Program-made: the position numbers and the translations under genes
The notes under the pieces: model-generated
What the model was told of the DNA's origin: nothing
The model's database searches: none
What the model saw: the letters and a program-made list of their open reading frames with translations, nothing else
Assembly: GCA_951406725.2 (NCBI GenBank)
Contig: OX597817.1
Span: 169,942,001-170,006,000 of the forward strand
Length of the DNA stretch: 64,000 bases
Origin: Octopus vulgaris
Lineage: Eukaryota
Reading direction: 5' to 3'
Shown here: piece after piece, positions 1 through 13,105 of the stretch
How the letters are laid out: each line of letters opens with the position of its first letter
Position numbering within the stretch: the first letter of the stretch is position 1

Positions 1-623
1 AGGCCGACGCAAAGTTTTCAAAAAGTTTTCATTGTTCTTGACACGACCAAAGAGATCTTGTGTAACTGAAACCTGAGAGTCTTTTTAGTCAGCTGAAAGC
101 AGTTTTGGCACAAACTTGGCGGACACACATCTCATACCCAAATCTTTCAATGATAATGGACTAAACTGAACTGTAACTTATCTGCACATCCTCTGATAAC
201 TCATGGATGCGGATTCGATGGTTTCCCCTCACAGCTGCAATGTTTTTCTCAGTTCTGCTGGTTGCAGGTCTCCCAGGACATTTGTCATTATCGACATTTT
301 TTCGCCCATCTTGGAAACATCTGAGCCACTCATACACTTGTGTGCAGCTCATACACACCTCTCCATACATTTTCTGCAACTTTGTGTAGGCCTCTGAGCA
401 GGTATCACCATGACAACTTTCTCTGTCATGGTCAATGCGACAATCACACACTACACACCTTCCTTCCAAGCACTGCTGTAAACAACAGAAGTGAGATAGA
501 ATGTTAAAACTTAGTGAGCACGCACAACAGAGTCCCAGGTCAATTTGTGCCAAGCGACTTCACTCTTGATGCTTTAGCTTCACTTCTATGGCAACAGTTC
601 AGATACTTATTGATTAGGCCTCA
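1..623 (-). mobile_element. Decayed mariner transposon, 5' part (continues beyond window start)
   Basis: ORF 161-553 contains the mariner HTH region (SEAYTKLQKMYGEVCMSCTQVYEWLRCFQDGRKNVDNDKCPGRP) followed by stops. TIR-like end (minus strand TA|TGAGGCCTAATCAATAAGTATCTGAAC) at ~597-625. Confidence 0.8.
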
Positions 624-981
624 TATACGCTGAGGACACTAATGATGATAATGGAATGGTCAATAACCTATTAACCAGTTAAAATTTAATTAGGAAAATG
701 CATGTGTCCAGTCTTCTTGTGCTGTGTCTATCCTTCTTGAGCCACTGTTTATGTAATAAAAGTAAATGTGTTGCCACTAAACCTTTTAATATATTTCCTA
801 AGTAGTGAGATAATATAGTCTGGTTTCATAGAGATAGCATGAATGAGGCAATGATTTAGTTTAGAATATAATTTGAAGACAAGAAATTCTCAATGCAATT
901 AATTTAAAGCAGTGCAATATAAGCTTCATATTTCTAAGTTGTAATAATATATAAACTGATATATATATAGTTGTAGCTTAC

Positions 982-1064
982 CTTGACGTAACTGTGTCCT
1001 TGCTGACAGAGACCGAGCTTTCACACTAGCCAGGAACATTTCGAAATCATCTTCACCTCCGGCT
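982..1064 (-). CDS. AP1AR: AP1AR/Gadkin coding exon (83 nt), AGGEDDFEMFLASVKARSLSARTQLRQ
   Basis: ttttttttccatttag|A GCC GGA...CAA G|gtaagc. Phase-compatible with the upstream exon (GT+A=V). EDDFEMFL resembles human GPEDDFESCLRNMK (recalled). Confidence 0.9.
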
Positions 1065-1140
1065 CTAAATGGAAAAAAAAATGAAAAATACAGAAAGAAA
1101 TAGGAAAAGTTAGCAGTTAGTTTCAATAAGCTAGTAGATT

Positions 1141-1328
1141 GTCGTCGTCATCGTCATCATCATTTAATGTTCATTGTCCATGCTGGTATGGATTGGATGG
1201 TTTGACCAAGGCTGGTAAGTTGAGGGGCTGCACCAGACTCCAGTCTGATTTGGCATGGTTTCTATGGTTGGATGCCCTTCCTAATGCCAACCCCTCTGAG
1301 AGTGTAACGGGTGCTTTTACATGCCACT
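1141..1328 (-). mobile_element. Retroposon 3' end with (GAT)n tail (family C)
   Basis: catcat...ccatgctggtatggattgg...ggatgcccttcctaatgccaacc. The same sequence recurs at 10.7, 22.0, 37.2, 38.0 and 48.5 kb. Confidence 0.75.
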
Positions 1329-1965
1329 AAGACAGACCAGTTTTATCTACTCAGTTTGGTACTATAGTTCAATAGAGCTGTTTTAATCATAGGATCTAAA
1401 GGGATCATGTAGCTTATAAGCTATTTAGCACAATGGTTAGATGATCCAAGTAATCTATTAAGCTATAATCAAGGAATCTAAGTTAATTATGATCCTTGGA
1501 AAAGTATTACTGCGGCAGAAAAGAGACAATGTGAGAGAAACCTTTTCTCTAACATGTCTTAGAGAGATCCACTGACTAAAAGATGGGTAAAATAACGAGT
1601 GTTCTGTTTAATAATATGGTTCTTTAATACATGACAGAAGTTTACTTTAAAACAATCCTCTGATTTCTGACATAAACACACAAATCCACAAATATGGAAA
1701 GAAGTGTATAGGTGATTATGTTGTTTCCTAATACCTGAGTGGTACTTTATTTTATTGATTTCATGAAAACGAAAGACTAAGTTAACCTTGACGGAACATT
1801 AAATCAAGTCTGTTGAACTATCACTTCTGTCTATCTACTGCTTCCTTTAAGTGTTCTATGATAAAGACACAATGGGAAAGGTAGTTGATGTCGGTTAGGT
1901 ACGTGCTGTGTAAGACATTTTCCTACAAACATAGAATTACAAGTTATTGAGATGCAGACATTTAA

Positions 1966-2187
1966 CCCTTTAGTGTTCACATTATTCTGCCAAAATGAAT
2001 CCTTTATTTATCCACATTGTTTTGAACTAATCATGCATTATCTTGTAGCTATGAGATTTTGATGAGGTAGCTGTTAATTTTTAAAACGACATTGTAGGGT
2101 TGGTGTGAGAGACCAGATCTAGCCAGTTTGACCATAAAACAGGCAGAATACTTTTGGCCGGATATGGCCGGTTTAAATGCTAAAGGG
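1966..2187. mobile_element. piggyBac-type MITE
   Basis: TTAA|CCCTTTAG...CTAAAGGG|TTAA termini with TTAA TSD. Related copies at 13106-13717 (inverted) and ~62555-62785. Confidence 0.85.
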
Positions 2188-2238
2188 TTAAGCAACATTA
2201 AAACAACAGTTCCACATATTAAACTAAGGTATACTTAC

Positions 2239-2405
2239 ACGTCCCAGTCATTTTCGTTATCCCCTAACCAGGAACGGTCCGTGTGAGTTTTAGTAGCTTG
2301 TTGTTCCTTAGCAATACGCTGAAGCCGTACTATCCGTGCAGCCTCTCTTCTAGCTTCATAGTAAGCTTCCTCTTCCATACGCAACTCCTCCTCTTGTTTG
2401 GCAAG
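2239..2405 (-). CDS. AP1AR: AP1AR/Gadkin coding exon (167 nt), LAKQEEELRMEEEAYYEARREAARIVRLQRIAKEQQATKTHTDRSWLGDNENDWD(V)
   Basis: ttttgtttgtctcattag|CTTGCC...TGGGACGT|gtaagtat, open throughout. Coiled-coil similar to human LALQEEKLRLEEEALYAAQREAARAAK (recalled). Confidence 0.92.
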
Positions 2406-2619
2406 CTAATGAGACAAACAAAATTAGAATAATGATTGATTGTAGACATTATTGAACATCTAGCTTTGAATACAACTGTCTCCTCATTAGCTATAAATAA
2501 TACCGATACATACCAAAATGTGTAGTAAATAGTAGATATAACATATATCATACAAGAAGTGAGCGTAAGAGACAGAAATCATAATTAAATAAAATATTCA
2601 GTAATTAAAACAGAAATAA

Positions 2620-3010
2620 AAGTCTAACACTGAGAATAACAGAGCAACAGATACAGAAGCCTATAATGAGTTTAACAGATGCAACATTATGTAATACCGA
2701 GTATAATCAATGTAAAAGTCTGTATTACTGAGTGTAACAAAGGTAACAGTAAATAATACTGAACATAACAAATATATATGTAACTAATAAAACAGTCAAC
2801 ATGTGTAATTTATATATAATGGATCATCACTAAGTTATATACAACAGAAAATGGTACATCTGGTGGTCCTTTACATGACACTTCTTGTGATCCCAGTAAA
2901 CAATGCATCTAGGGATCCTGTAAATGGCATATCCAGAGACCCTATAAATGGCACTTTTGGTGACCTTGTAACAAGCACATTTGGTGACCTTATAACTAGG
3001 ACATCTGGTG
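2620..3010. repeat. Two adjacent degenerate minisatellites (~30-bp and ~22-bp units)
   Basis: Recurrent gtaataccgagtataa/gtattactgagtgtaa/ataatactgaacataa units, then gcacttttggtgaccttgtaac-like units. Confidence 0.6.
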
Positions 3011-3667
3011 AATTGTAGGTGATATACCTACAGTATTTTCAGGTATGAATGCAATGCAGTGAGTTTTTGTGTTACTCTGCAAACTAAGGAAACTGCTAAA
3101 TATACAGTGCTCATGCTGCTTATAAGAGTATCTACTCCAGCATGGTTGTGGTGGACTGAACAATAAAAATAGTGAAAAGCTCTGATACAATAAGAACTGT
3201 TGACCCCCTCAACTAGTTATCCAATACCATAGTAATTCACTTATAAAAGTAGGGAATGATTGATTACATTAACCTCCAAATATTACTGGTATCTATTTCA
3301 CGAAATAGAATGGCATGAAACCTAGTGAACAATAGCAGGATTTTGAACTCAGGACACTAAAATATCAAACTAAATTAAATAAAGTGACCAATCACAAAAC
3401 AAATATCGCCATCGTCAGTGATGTTTCAGAGAAGTATGGTCAATTAAATCAACCCCACTATTTTACTAGTACTTCTTTTTAAGATCTTTGGTTAGGATGA
3501 AATGGAAAGTTGACCTTGGCAGAATTTGGACAAAGGTCAGTAAGATATCAAATTAGATAAAATAAAACAACTAAACCATAAAGAAATATTGTAGACAGAA
3601 GTTTAAGTTTGATTGAGTTGATCTAAGATCAAAAACTTTCCAGCCTAATTCATTCAATTTTAAATAT

Positions 3668-3903
3668 AATAATAATAATGAAATTATTGTATACAGTGCT
3701 CAGGTGCACCACAACTTGTCATAAGTGCGTATAAAGCATATGCAGTAATGTGCAAATGTCTGGGAAGTGAACAGTGTATGAGTCAGATACATGTTTGCGT
3801 GTGTATGGAGGAGAGAATATCAGGTGTAGTGTTGGCGAATCTCAGGAAGCATGGAAGTTTTGAAGGATGCAGTGCTCCGACAACTAACAACTGATGCTGG
3901 CAA
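3668..3903 (-). mobile_element. CR1-like LINE 3' end with (ATT)n tail
   Basis: Same sequence as 46777-47030 and 10160-10572 (tacagtgctcaggtgcac...gaaggatgcagtg). Confidence 0.7.
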
Positions 3904-3944
3904 AAGATATCATGTACATATATTACCTAATGTAATCTTGTGGA

Positions 3945-4172
3945 GGCAAGTAGTTTAGTGCTTAGAGTGTTAGACTCATGATTGTAAAATGGTGGTTTCA
4001 AATCCTCAACCTGGTGACATGGTCTTGAGTAAAACACTCCATTTTCCATTGCTCCAGTTCAATCAGCTGGCAAAAATCAGTAATCCTGCAATGGGTTGGC
4101 ATCCCATTCAGGAGAGAATGTATGTGCCATAGAAACCAAGAAACTAGATCTAGATGTCTTGGGAATGATCTT
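3945..4172 (+). mobile_element. tRNA-derived SINE (family D), degraded
   Basis: tRNA-like head ggcaagtagtttagtgcttagagtgttagactc...ggtttcaaatcct. Homologous to 6941-7215. Confidence 0.6.
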
Positions 4173-4190
4173 TATCTTAATGTAGTCTCA

Positions 4191-5084
4191 GTTCCTGGAC
4201 TAGCTCTGTAGAGCACCAACCAGATGGTAGCACATGGCTGCATGTGCAGTGAGAGCTAGCAGTGCCCTTCATGAGGCAGTGTGCTGAGTGACATCACTGT
4301 GTTTACTTCACAAATTGTGAAATTTGTGTTTTCCTGATCACGTGTCTGCTGTGGTCTGTGATTTTGTAATGGATAGGAAGAAAGGGCAAAGGTGAAATTT
4401 TGAATTAAACTTGGGAAGTCTGCTACAGAGATTTTGAGCATTCTTTGGTAAACTTATGGCAATGAAGCAATGGGTTGTACGCAATGTTTCAAATGGCATG
4501 AGCACTTTAAAAGTGGAAGAACATTCCTGGAAGACAATGAGTGATCTGAAAGATCTGCCATGTGCGTCACCACTGGAAATGTAGTATTGTGCATCAAGAA
4601 TTCATCCCCCAAGGCCAGACTGTCAATTGAGAGTTCTACTGTAATGTTTGGAAGTGTTTGAAAAAAGACATTTGTTGAAAGTGACCAAATCTGTGGAGTG
4701 CAAAAAATTGGATTTTTCATGATGATAGTGCACCTTGTCACCAAACTCTCCTCACTCGCCAAAAACAACATGATATCACTTCTGCGCCCACCCCTATTCA
4801 CCGGATTTAGCCCCTGCAGATTTCTATCTCTTCCCCAAGATGAAAATGCAGCCTAGAGGTCACTGTTTTAACAGTGTTGCCGAGCTCCAGAGCAAATTGC
4901 AGAGGGTCCTCAACTCACTTACGGAAGACAACTTCCTGGCCAGATTCTTAAAGTGGTAGGAACACTGGGACCAAAATTTTGCTGCACAAAGTAACTATTT
5001 CAAAGAGTAGGTTAAAATTTAGGTAAATAAGCTATTTTCTTTTTATTAAACTAACTAGTCCAGGAACCTTTTGATACCACCTCA
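4191..5084 (+). mobile_element. Internally deleted mariner relic
   Basis: Frameshifted KLGKSATE...YGNEAM...CFKWH N-terminus and HDDSAPCH / SPDLAPADF-like C-terminus. Right TIR gtccaggaaccttttgataccacctca|TA; partial left TIR gttcctggac. Confidence 0.8.
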
Positions 5085-6224
5085 TAATATCTTCAAAATG
5101 ATAAGATATGATCTAAGGAAAATTTGGCTGTTATTTCTAGTTGGTCACACAACCACATAGAGATACACTTACTTGAAGTTTGTTGCTGCTGTTTAGGCTA
5201 AGGTCAGCCTGAACAGACCCATAATCAGAAGCATTTCAGACATGACTATCCAGTCTGTCCTATGTGTGTTGAATCTAGAACAACATAATACAACATGCTC
5301 TTTTCTAAGACAGTGGAGTGTGATTTAAGGGGATGTAGTTGCTATTTCTAACTGGTAAGCAATGATGTATATAGAGACTCCTTCAGTGGTTTGCGTTTGA
5401 ATTTTGTTTTAAAGAATGGTAGAAAGAAGTAAGCAAAAAATGTGGGGAAGAGGAGCTGGGAATAAAATATCAGTTTAATCATGCTTCAGTAATAAATCAT
5501 ATGAACAGAAGAATAGTTTATGTAGAGAGATAAATATACTAACAAAAAAAAAAAATTACAAATCAAAATGAAGCAACAGACAAAGCTGAGTTAATTTTCA
5601 AACTATTGACTTCCCCAATTGAAATTGTAGTTCCATTGTCAGATGAGAAGATGTGTGGGGTTTTTTTGGCTTTTTTTTCCTTTTTTTTTTTTTGTAATGT
5701 TGAGTTTCACATGAAAGTTTTAATACTAATTGAAACACAATGTGGAGGACAGGAGGAGTTGGTCAGAGTAAGGCGGGGATGTTTACAGTAGAAGGGTTGG
5801 TAGGTGAATTGAGGTGGATTCGAGTTAGATCAATGATGTGTGAAGAAAAGGAATCTTTAAAAGAGTGTTAACAACAATAGACATTAAAATGAGAGTAAAA
5901 GCTAATAGCAGAAGAGTGAACAACATGTTAATGGAGTGAACAATGTGTTGGAAGAATAGCAGACAATAATTATTGATTCATAGCCCAAGGTCAAGGGGAA
6001 AAGTTTATTACTGAATCTACCTGACACTATATCTATAGAATATGGTTGAGATATTTTCTAAATTGGAATGTGTGCATGTGTGTGTGTCTATGTGTCTATG
6101 TGTGTAAATGTACATGTATGTGTGTATAATTCCTATTCAATATATGTAAAGAACAGATGAGTTGAACATGCATCCAAGAGTTAGAGCATAAGATTTTGAA
6201 TCATATATGCATGCAATAATAGGG

Positions 6225-6227
<3 letters not shown>

Positions 6228-6281
<54 letters not shown>
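6228..6281. repeat. (GA)n microsatellite
   Basis: Direct inspection. Confidence 0.95.
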
Positions 6282-6283
<2 letters not shown>

Positions 6284-6571
6284 TGAAAAGAGAATTCAGA
6301 ACATGCCATATATAGATAGTAATTACAAAGATTTTAGTGCAGGAACAGGTGAGTAACAGGCCAGACATGAGAAGAGAATAGTCAATGGCTGGGTGGGCCA
6401 GGTTAGAGATGATATAGAGTTGGCTAGTTCAGGAGAAGTAGTGATAGTAGTAGTAGATGAAAGAAGAAACAGTACATTTGTGGTCTGAACGTGGTAGTGA
6501 GTAAATCTTTACCAATCAGCCGGATGACTCATTTGTGGATGTAGTCTAGGTTTGAGTGTGCAGAAAACAAT

Positions 6572-6830
6572 ATCTATTTCTTTACTACCCACAAGGGGCT
6601 AAACACAGTGAGGACAATCAAGGATAGACAAACGGATTAAGCTGATTATATTGACCCCAGTGCGTAACTGGTACTTATTTAATCGACCCCGAAAGGATGA
6701 AAGGCAAAGTCGACCTCGGAAGAATTTGAACTCAGAATGTAGCGGCAGACGAAATACCTATTTCTTTACTACCCACAAGGGGCTAAACACAGAGAGGACA
6801 AACAAGGATAGACAAACAGATTAAGCTGAA
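6572..6830 (-). mobile_element. SINE family B (Deu/Nin-like core), partial tandem
   Basis: Reverse complement of gcctttcatcctttcggggtcgataaattaagtaccag, plus a duplicated 3' tail. Confidence 0.8.
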
Positions 6831-6940
6831 TAGTATTCCAGTATGGTCCTTACTTGAACCAAGCAGATGGTTAGCAATTGATCTGAGTTGAAATGATTTC
6901 TGAAAAGGAGTTTTAGTAATATTATATAAGTCATCATAGA

Positions 6941-7215
6941 GGCACATGGCTTAGTGGTTAGGGTGTTGTGTTCGTGGTCATAAGAGTGTTGTTTCAGTTC
7001 TTGGATCGGGCAATGTATTGTGTCCTTGACTGGACTAATGTGAAATGAAAGGTTCTTGAGCAGAACCCTTCATTTCACATTAGTCCAGTCCACTCAGCTG
7101 GAAAAAATGAGTTATCCTGTGATGGACCAGTGTCCCATGCAGTGGAGAATATAGACGCACCACAGAAACTGGGGAACCAGCCTTATGAGCCAATGGTTCA
7201 GGAAGGATCTGTGAT
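6941..7215 (+). mobile_element. tRNA-derived SINE (family D) with internal palindrome
   Basis: A-box tggcttagtggtt and B-box-like gtttcagttct. 29-bp-arm palindrome at 7028-7090. Confidence 0.7.
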
Positions 7216-7496
7216 TCTTTTCATATATGTCATCATGAAAAATCATGAGATGCTGTGAGGTCTGGCATCTGTAGTGACTTTGAAGGTTTTGTTGAGTGTC
7301 ATTCATGACTAGAGAGGTTGCATGGTACAACACACGTTTCACATGTGTAGTGAGTGTATGCTTATGTTGTTGAAAGAGACAAGACTGCTTTGTCCTTATT
7401 GATGTTTCTAAGGTTTCTGTTCATAAACAATGCACACTTAAAACCTTCCAATTCCCTACAGATGCCAAACCTCACAATGTCTGAAGATTCCATATT

Positions 7497-7862
7497 CTTT
7501 TATTTGTTTCAGTCATTTGACTGCAGCCATGCTGGAGCATTACCTTTAGTTGAAGAAATTGACCCCAGGACTTTTTCTTTGTAAGCCTGGTACTTATCCT
7601 ATCGGTCTCTTTTGCTGAACTACTAAGTTACAGGGATGTAAACACACCAACAGTGGTTGTCAAGCAATGGTGAGGGAACATACACAGACACACAAACACA
7701 TACATATATACAATGGGTTTCTTTCAGTTTCCGTCTAACAAAAGCTTTGGTTGGCCCAAAGGTATAGTAGAAGACACTTGCCCAAAGTTCCATGCAGTGG
7801 AACTGAACCTAGAACCATGTGGTTGGTAAGCAAGCTACTTATCACACAGCCATCCTGCACCT
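7497..7862 (-). mobile_element. tRNA-derived SINE family A
   Basis: Reverse complement of the 13263-13652 copy. Confidence 0.8.
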
Positions 7863-7865
7863 ATG

Positions 7866-8016
7866 GTTAAGTTGATTACATCAACCCCAGTACTCAACTG
7901 GTACTTAATTTATCGATCCTGAAAGGATGAAAGGCAAAGTTGACCTTGGTGGAATTTGAACTCAGAACGTAGCAACAGGTAAAATGATGCTAAGTATTTT
8001 GCCTGGCGTGCTGCCT
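7866..8016 (-). mobile_element. SINE family B fragment
   Basis: ctggtacttaatttatcgatcctgaaaggatgaaaggcaaag. Confidence 0.75.
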
Positions 8017-9456
8017 TATATTATATATGTTGACATATATAATATTGTTAAAACTATATCTCAAACACTAAGTTCATGAAGTCAGTGCAAGTTGTGTGTG
8101 GATAGACACCTTTGTGCAGAAGTCTTCAGGAAGAGTGATGGTAGTCATTTATACACAGGAGTATGTATTGTCTGAAGTGACATCAAGGTTTGTTAATTTA
8201 CAGAGGAAAAGTAGGGGTGGGGTAATGCAGTGAGAAAAAACACTGGCAGCACACAGAACAAAGAAGCAGTTCAAGGAAACATTTAAACTCGACATAAATG
8301 ATGGATGGAACCCATAGGCAGATTAGCTTAGCTATGAGACTCTTATTCCAATCAGACACAGTTTACTGATGTCAAGTTTGATAATGTTTTTGTTGACTTT
8401 CCTAAATGAGTATGTATGAACAAGTCTCCAGTGTATCTATCTCTGTGGAAACAGAGGACAGATACTGGTGGTCATTGAGGTGGGAGAATGATTCAAATTC
8501 ATGATGGAGGAGATAATTGTTTTGTTACCTCTGATGTGGAAGTAAGAGTAAATGATCAGTAAATAGCAGAATTAGAGAAGTTGCTTTCTTGAGAATGGGA
8601 TAAACTGTACTTCCAAAGAAGGTAGAGGAGAAAGATTGGAAAATATGACAATGATAAAAGCTAGCTCTGGAGTTCACAATTCCTTGAATGAATAACTGCT
8701 TATGGACAGGGTATTAATCAAATAAGTACCAGAAATATACTGATGTTGATGCAATTAATAAGGGGGAAAATCATTATGATATTAAAGGGATGTAAACTGT
8801 GATGAAAATGACCATGTTGGTAGTGATGCTAGTGGAAAATAATAGCAACTCTTTTGCCTGCCAATGAGTGATCCTCCATCAGTTTCAATAACGAGTATTC
8901 ACCTGTTGGATCAACTTAGTCTCTGATTTGTTAAATAAATGTTTATGTGAGTGGTTGAATATTCCACAGACATGTGTAATGTAATTCTCAAGCCAAATCA
9001 ACATGATACAATAAGTGACAAATTTGGACCATTGAAGAACTGGTACAATGCATCTGATGGACTTTTATCTACCTAATTTCATTCACAAAGTTTGAGTTGA
9101 CCTCAGGTTGTAGTAAAGATACTTGCTCAAGATGCCAGGCAGAAGGATAAAACGTGACTTTAGGTTGTGGTAAAGAGACTTGCTCAAGATGCCAGGCAGA
9201 AGGATAAAACCTGGGAATAAATGATTGCAAAAGCAAATATCTCAGTCATTCAGCAATGCCTGCCAATAGACAGAAGTCATTTATAGTAATGGTATGGAAT
9301 AGAAAATAGAAATAGAGAAGATACCTATAACAGATGACACAGCAGATGTGGAGAGAGATGATGAAATGTTGGTACTGATAATTGTGATGATGACAATGAT
9401 TATATGAGTTTTAGTTGGAGTTACTTGACAAACATCTTATATTTTGATATATAATC

Positions 9457-9492
<36 letters not shown>

Positions 9493-9924
9493 TTCTAAGT
9501 AATCAATATATTTCCTACAAGCTGTCTCAAGATACTTCACATTGTAACAAATGTATTATTATATGTTCTAGAATATTCTTGAGATTGTATTCATCGCAGT
9601 AGGTTCCATTTTAATGAGTTAAGTAGATGTAGATAAAAATATCTGATCATCTTGAGTCAATAGAATTTCAGAAGACTTTGCAGTATTTCTGAAGAACTTT
9701 CTATAGAAAAAAGTTGTTTTTTCATAGAGACAAGAATTTTCTTAAAACATCAATACTATCATACATCATTAAACTAACTGGAGAACATCTATTCCTTAAA
9801 TCGCACTCTACCATTTAAAAAAATGAAAGGTAACATTGAATAGTCTGAGAAAATAAGATGAAGTTGTCATGACTGGAATACATTTGATCATCGGTCTGCC
9901 CTACTGGGGCTAATCTGAGGTTAA

Positions 9925-10143
9925 CCCTTTTGTTACTGTATTTATTTTGATGTTCTGTGTTTCTTTCAATTACTTTAAATATAACAAAGAATTTAGTCAA
10001 ATAACTTAGTTATCATTAAGCTTAGTTTTAGGAACATAAATTGTGACTAAGGTTTGGTAGAAGATTTTAATTCAAAGCTTATGAAAACAAGACATTTGTA
10101 CTCAGAGCCAGAGCCAGTTTCAGCCGGTTTGGTAACGAAAGGG
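9925..10143. mobile_element. piggyBac-type MITE (second family)
   Basis: TTAA|CCCTTTTGTTAC...GTAACGAAAGGG|TTAA. A partial inverted relative lies at ~58550-58745. Confidence 0.85.
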
Positions 10144-10159
10144 TTAAACTACAACAACA

Positions 10160-10572
10160 AATTACATACTAAGAAATTATCAAAGAGACATTTTAGAATC
10201 TATTTATCCATGTTCAGAAATGTGCAACCAGATGAATACCCACCATCAGGCATCTACCATACTCTGAACATTTTGCTTCCCTGGGCATTAAAGCTCTGAC
10301 AACTGGCAGTTGACATGGTAGACACTGGCAAGATTATCCACCATCTCCCAACAACAACTTTGGGCACCTCTTTGATTTCCATATGTCTAACACTCATGGA
10401 CATGCTTATAAAATCAAAAACAACACAGTATTCATAACTTTTGGAAGCATTTTTCCATGCTCAGAATTGCTGAACCATGGGACAAACTACCTGCATCATT
10501 TGTTAGCTGTCAAGACACTACATCCTTCAAAACTTCCATGCTTCCTGAAATTTGCCAACAGTACACCTGATG
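10160..10572 (+). mobile_element. CR1-like LINE 3' ORF2 relic
   Basis: SNTHGHAYKIK motif (TRGH..K of the CR1 C-terminus), then a frameshifted F..R.AE.W.KLP-like segment. Homologous to 46777-47030. Confidence 0.7.
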
Positions 10573-10737
10573 CCCCACTATGTGGTCTTGGATTCAGTCC
10601 TACTGCACAGCATCTTGGGTAACTGTCTTCTTCTATAGCCCTAGGCCGACCAAAGCCTTGTGAATGGATTTGGTAGATGGAAACTGAAAGAAGTCAACTG
10701 TACGTGTGTGTGTGTGTGTGTTTGTGTGCATATATGT

Positions 10738-10921
10738 ATCATCATCATCATCGTTTAGCGTCCGCTTTCCATGCTAGCATGGGTTGGACGGTTCTACTGG
10801 AGTCTGTGAAGCCAGAAGGCTTCATCAGGCCCAGTCAAATCTGGCAGTGTTTCTACGGCTGGATGCCCTTCCTAACGCCAACCACTCCGAGAGTGTAGTG
10901 GGTGCTTTTTACGTGCCACCC
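10738..10921 (-). mobile_element. Family C retroposon copy
   Basis: catcatcatcgtttagcgtccgctttccatgctagcatggg...; near-identical to 37231-37421. Confidence 0.8.
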
Positions 10922-11182
10922 GCACAGTATGTATGTGTGTATGTATGTTTGCACATACCCTTATCTACACATCTCATGATGGGTGTAAAAACTCATCAGA
11001 ATCATGCAAGTAATAATCTCGATTCCCAGATTTCTGTGCAAAAAACATCTAGCTATGAGAAAATAATATCTTGCTTGGAAAGAAGCGAAAGTTGGTAACA
11101 GGCAAGAAGGGTATTCGGTTGTAGGAAATCTAGCTCAAAAAATTCCACCTGACCCATGCTAGCATGGGCAAGTGGACATTAA

Positions 11183-11277
11183 ATGATGATGATGATGATG
11201 GTGGTGATGGTGATGGTGATGATGGTGATGGTGATGATGATGATGGTGATGGTGATGGTGATGATGATGATGATGAT
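11183..11277. repeat. (GAT/GGT)n microsatellite (retroposon tail)
   Basis: Direct inspection. Confidence 0.9.
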
Positions 11278-13105
11278 AGCATTTGCAACTGACAAATCAT
11301 GCTTCACTCATTTCCGTTCATGGCCCACAGATCTTTCACATTTAATATTCATGTTTCAATAACATGTAATATATTTCTTACAGACAGAGAGGAAGGTGGG
11401 TGGGTGGGGGGGGGGGCTTTGTTGTTAAACTGCTTCTTGAACTTTGCTACCCACTTCTTTGCTCGAGCTACGGTACTTTCACTACAGCCACGCCAGTCCA
11501 TTACGTAGATCATCTAGGTTACAGAAACTATCAACGGTATTTAATGGTGCAGAAATTTATCTAAATTTGTAAACTATACTAAATTTAATGAGCTATCTAA
11601 GCAGCTCATAGACTTCGTTTCATACAATTTATATAATATATTCAAATGTATCTGTTTATTTGACAATGTCTTTACATCCGGACAGAATATCTTTCAGATC
11701 TTAACTTGTAATAAAGTGTATCAAAACACCAAGTCTTCAGTAATACGATGATGCTAATAATAAAAGCAAATTCAAATAAACATGACAATTATGCATTGTT
11801 CTTGTTACTTAGTCTGCAGGTTATTCTTAGTCAAGCAGACATATGATCAAATGCATTCCAGCCATGACCATCCTGTTTACATTTTTCATGCATAGTGTGT
11901 CTAGAATTACATTTTTCAATACATTCTTTTTTTTTTTTTTTTGAAGATGGTAAGGTGTGATATGTAGATTTGGCTGCTCTTTCTCACAGGGCTGGTGACC
12001 ACATAGTGGGTTTTATCGTTGGCTCAAAATTATGATGTATAAAAAGTGCTGGCATATTATCTAGCAAAGATTATCTCAAAGCTAATTTATTCTAATCAGT
12101 GGACTCCAAAACAGATCAATAAGTGGTTATATATTTTTGATAGAACTATATACTTTGGTACATTTTTCTCTTGGTTTAATCCCTACCATGAAACTATTTC
12201 ATGATCAAAAACATCACGAAATTTCAGGAATCTCATCTTCACTTCATTCTGGTACCTTGAACATAATTTCTTTAAATGTATCACCATATCTGTTTTGATA
12301 TTCCCCAACAGGGAAATTAAGATCATTGCACATACTAATGCTCCTCTGTGTAGTAAGTGTGTAACAAGTAGCTTTTACAAGGCCTCCTTTGGTAATACTA
12401 CATGTGTAATGTATGCATACAGGCATTACATGTGTGTGTATGTGTGGGTGTACCATGCTGGTCAAAGAGCAGTATAAGATATGAATCTTTTGAATTAAGT
12501 CATTATATCATTGTAGGTATATATGCCAACGTATCTCCTTTCTCATACTGTCATATTTACCTGTGAAAAGTTAAAATGTCTATATCTTAATAAGTTCTTA
12601 AAGGGTTGAACATAATGAAGATATTATCTTTGAGGGGCTGACACTTAGCTAAACTAAATAAAGGAGTGGTGAAATCCTATTGTTCCATAGCAAGTATTTT
12701 ATAGAAGCAAACCTAATTTTACCTACCTCTACTACACATCTGTCCTCTAGGACAAGCAGATTAAAGAAAAATACATTTCAGAAACCATCACCCCAAAAAG
12801 AAATTAATTAAAACATTGTTAGAAATTTTGTTTGTTTTAAAATCAATTCAACCTATTAAATTTTTTGCAAAACTTTAATAAATATTTGATGCTGATTAAT
12901 ATTTAATTTTCAAATTCATTAAGCATTTACAAAAATATTCAAAACTATATTTATAAATCATAACTTTGTTAAAATAATGTAATTAAAATATTATAGAAAC
13001 TTATTAAAATAATACAACAAGTATAAAAATAAAATAATCAAGATGGAGAAGTAAAAAGTGTTATGGGAAATGGTTTTATTAGTAACAACAAATAAGGTAA
13101 TTTAA

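Noticed and set aside
2850-3010. Regularly spaced repeats as a CRISPR-like array
   Set aside because: Tandem degenerate units without unique spacers, eukaryotic intron context and no cas genes.
11670-11750. Minus-strand CUGAAGA...GAAA...GUC hammerhead-like string
   Set aside because: Stems I and II are not adjacent to the core, so the required pairing fails.
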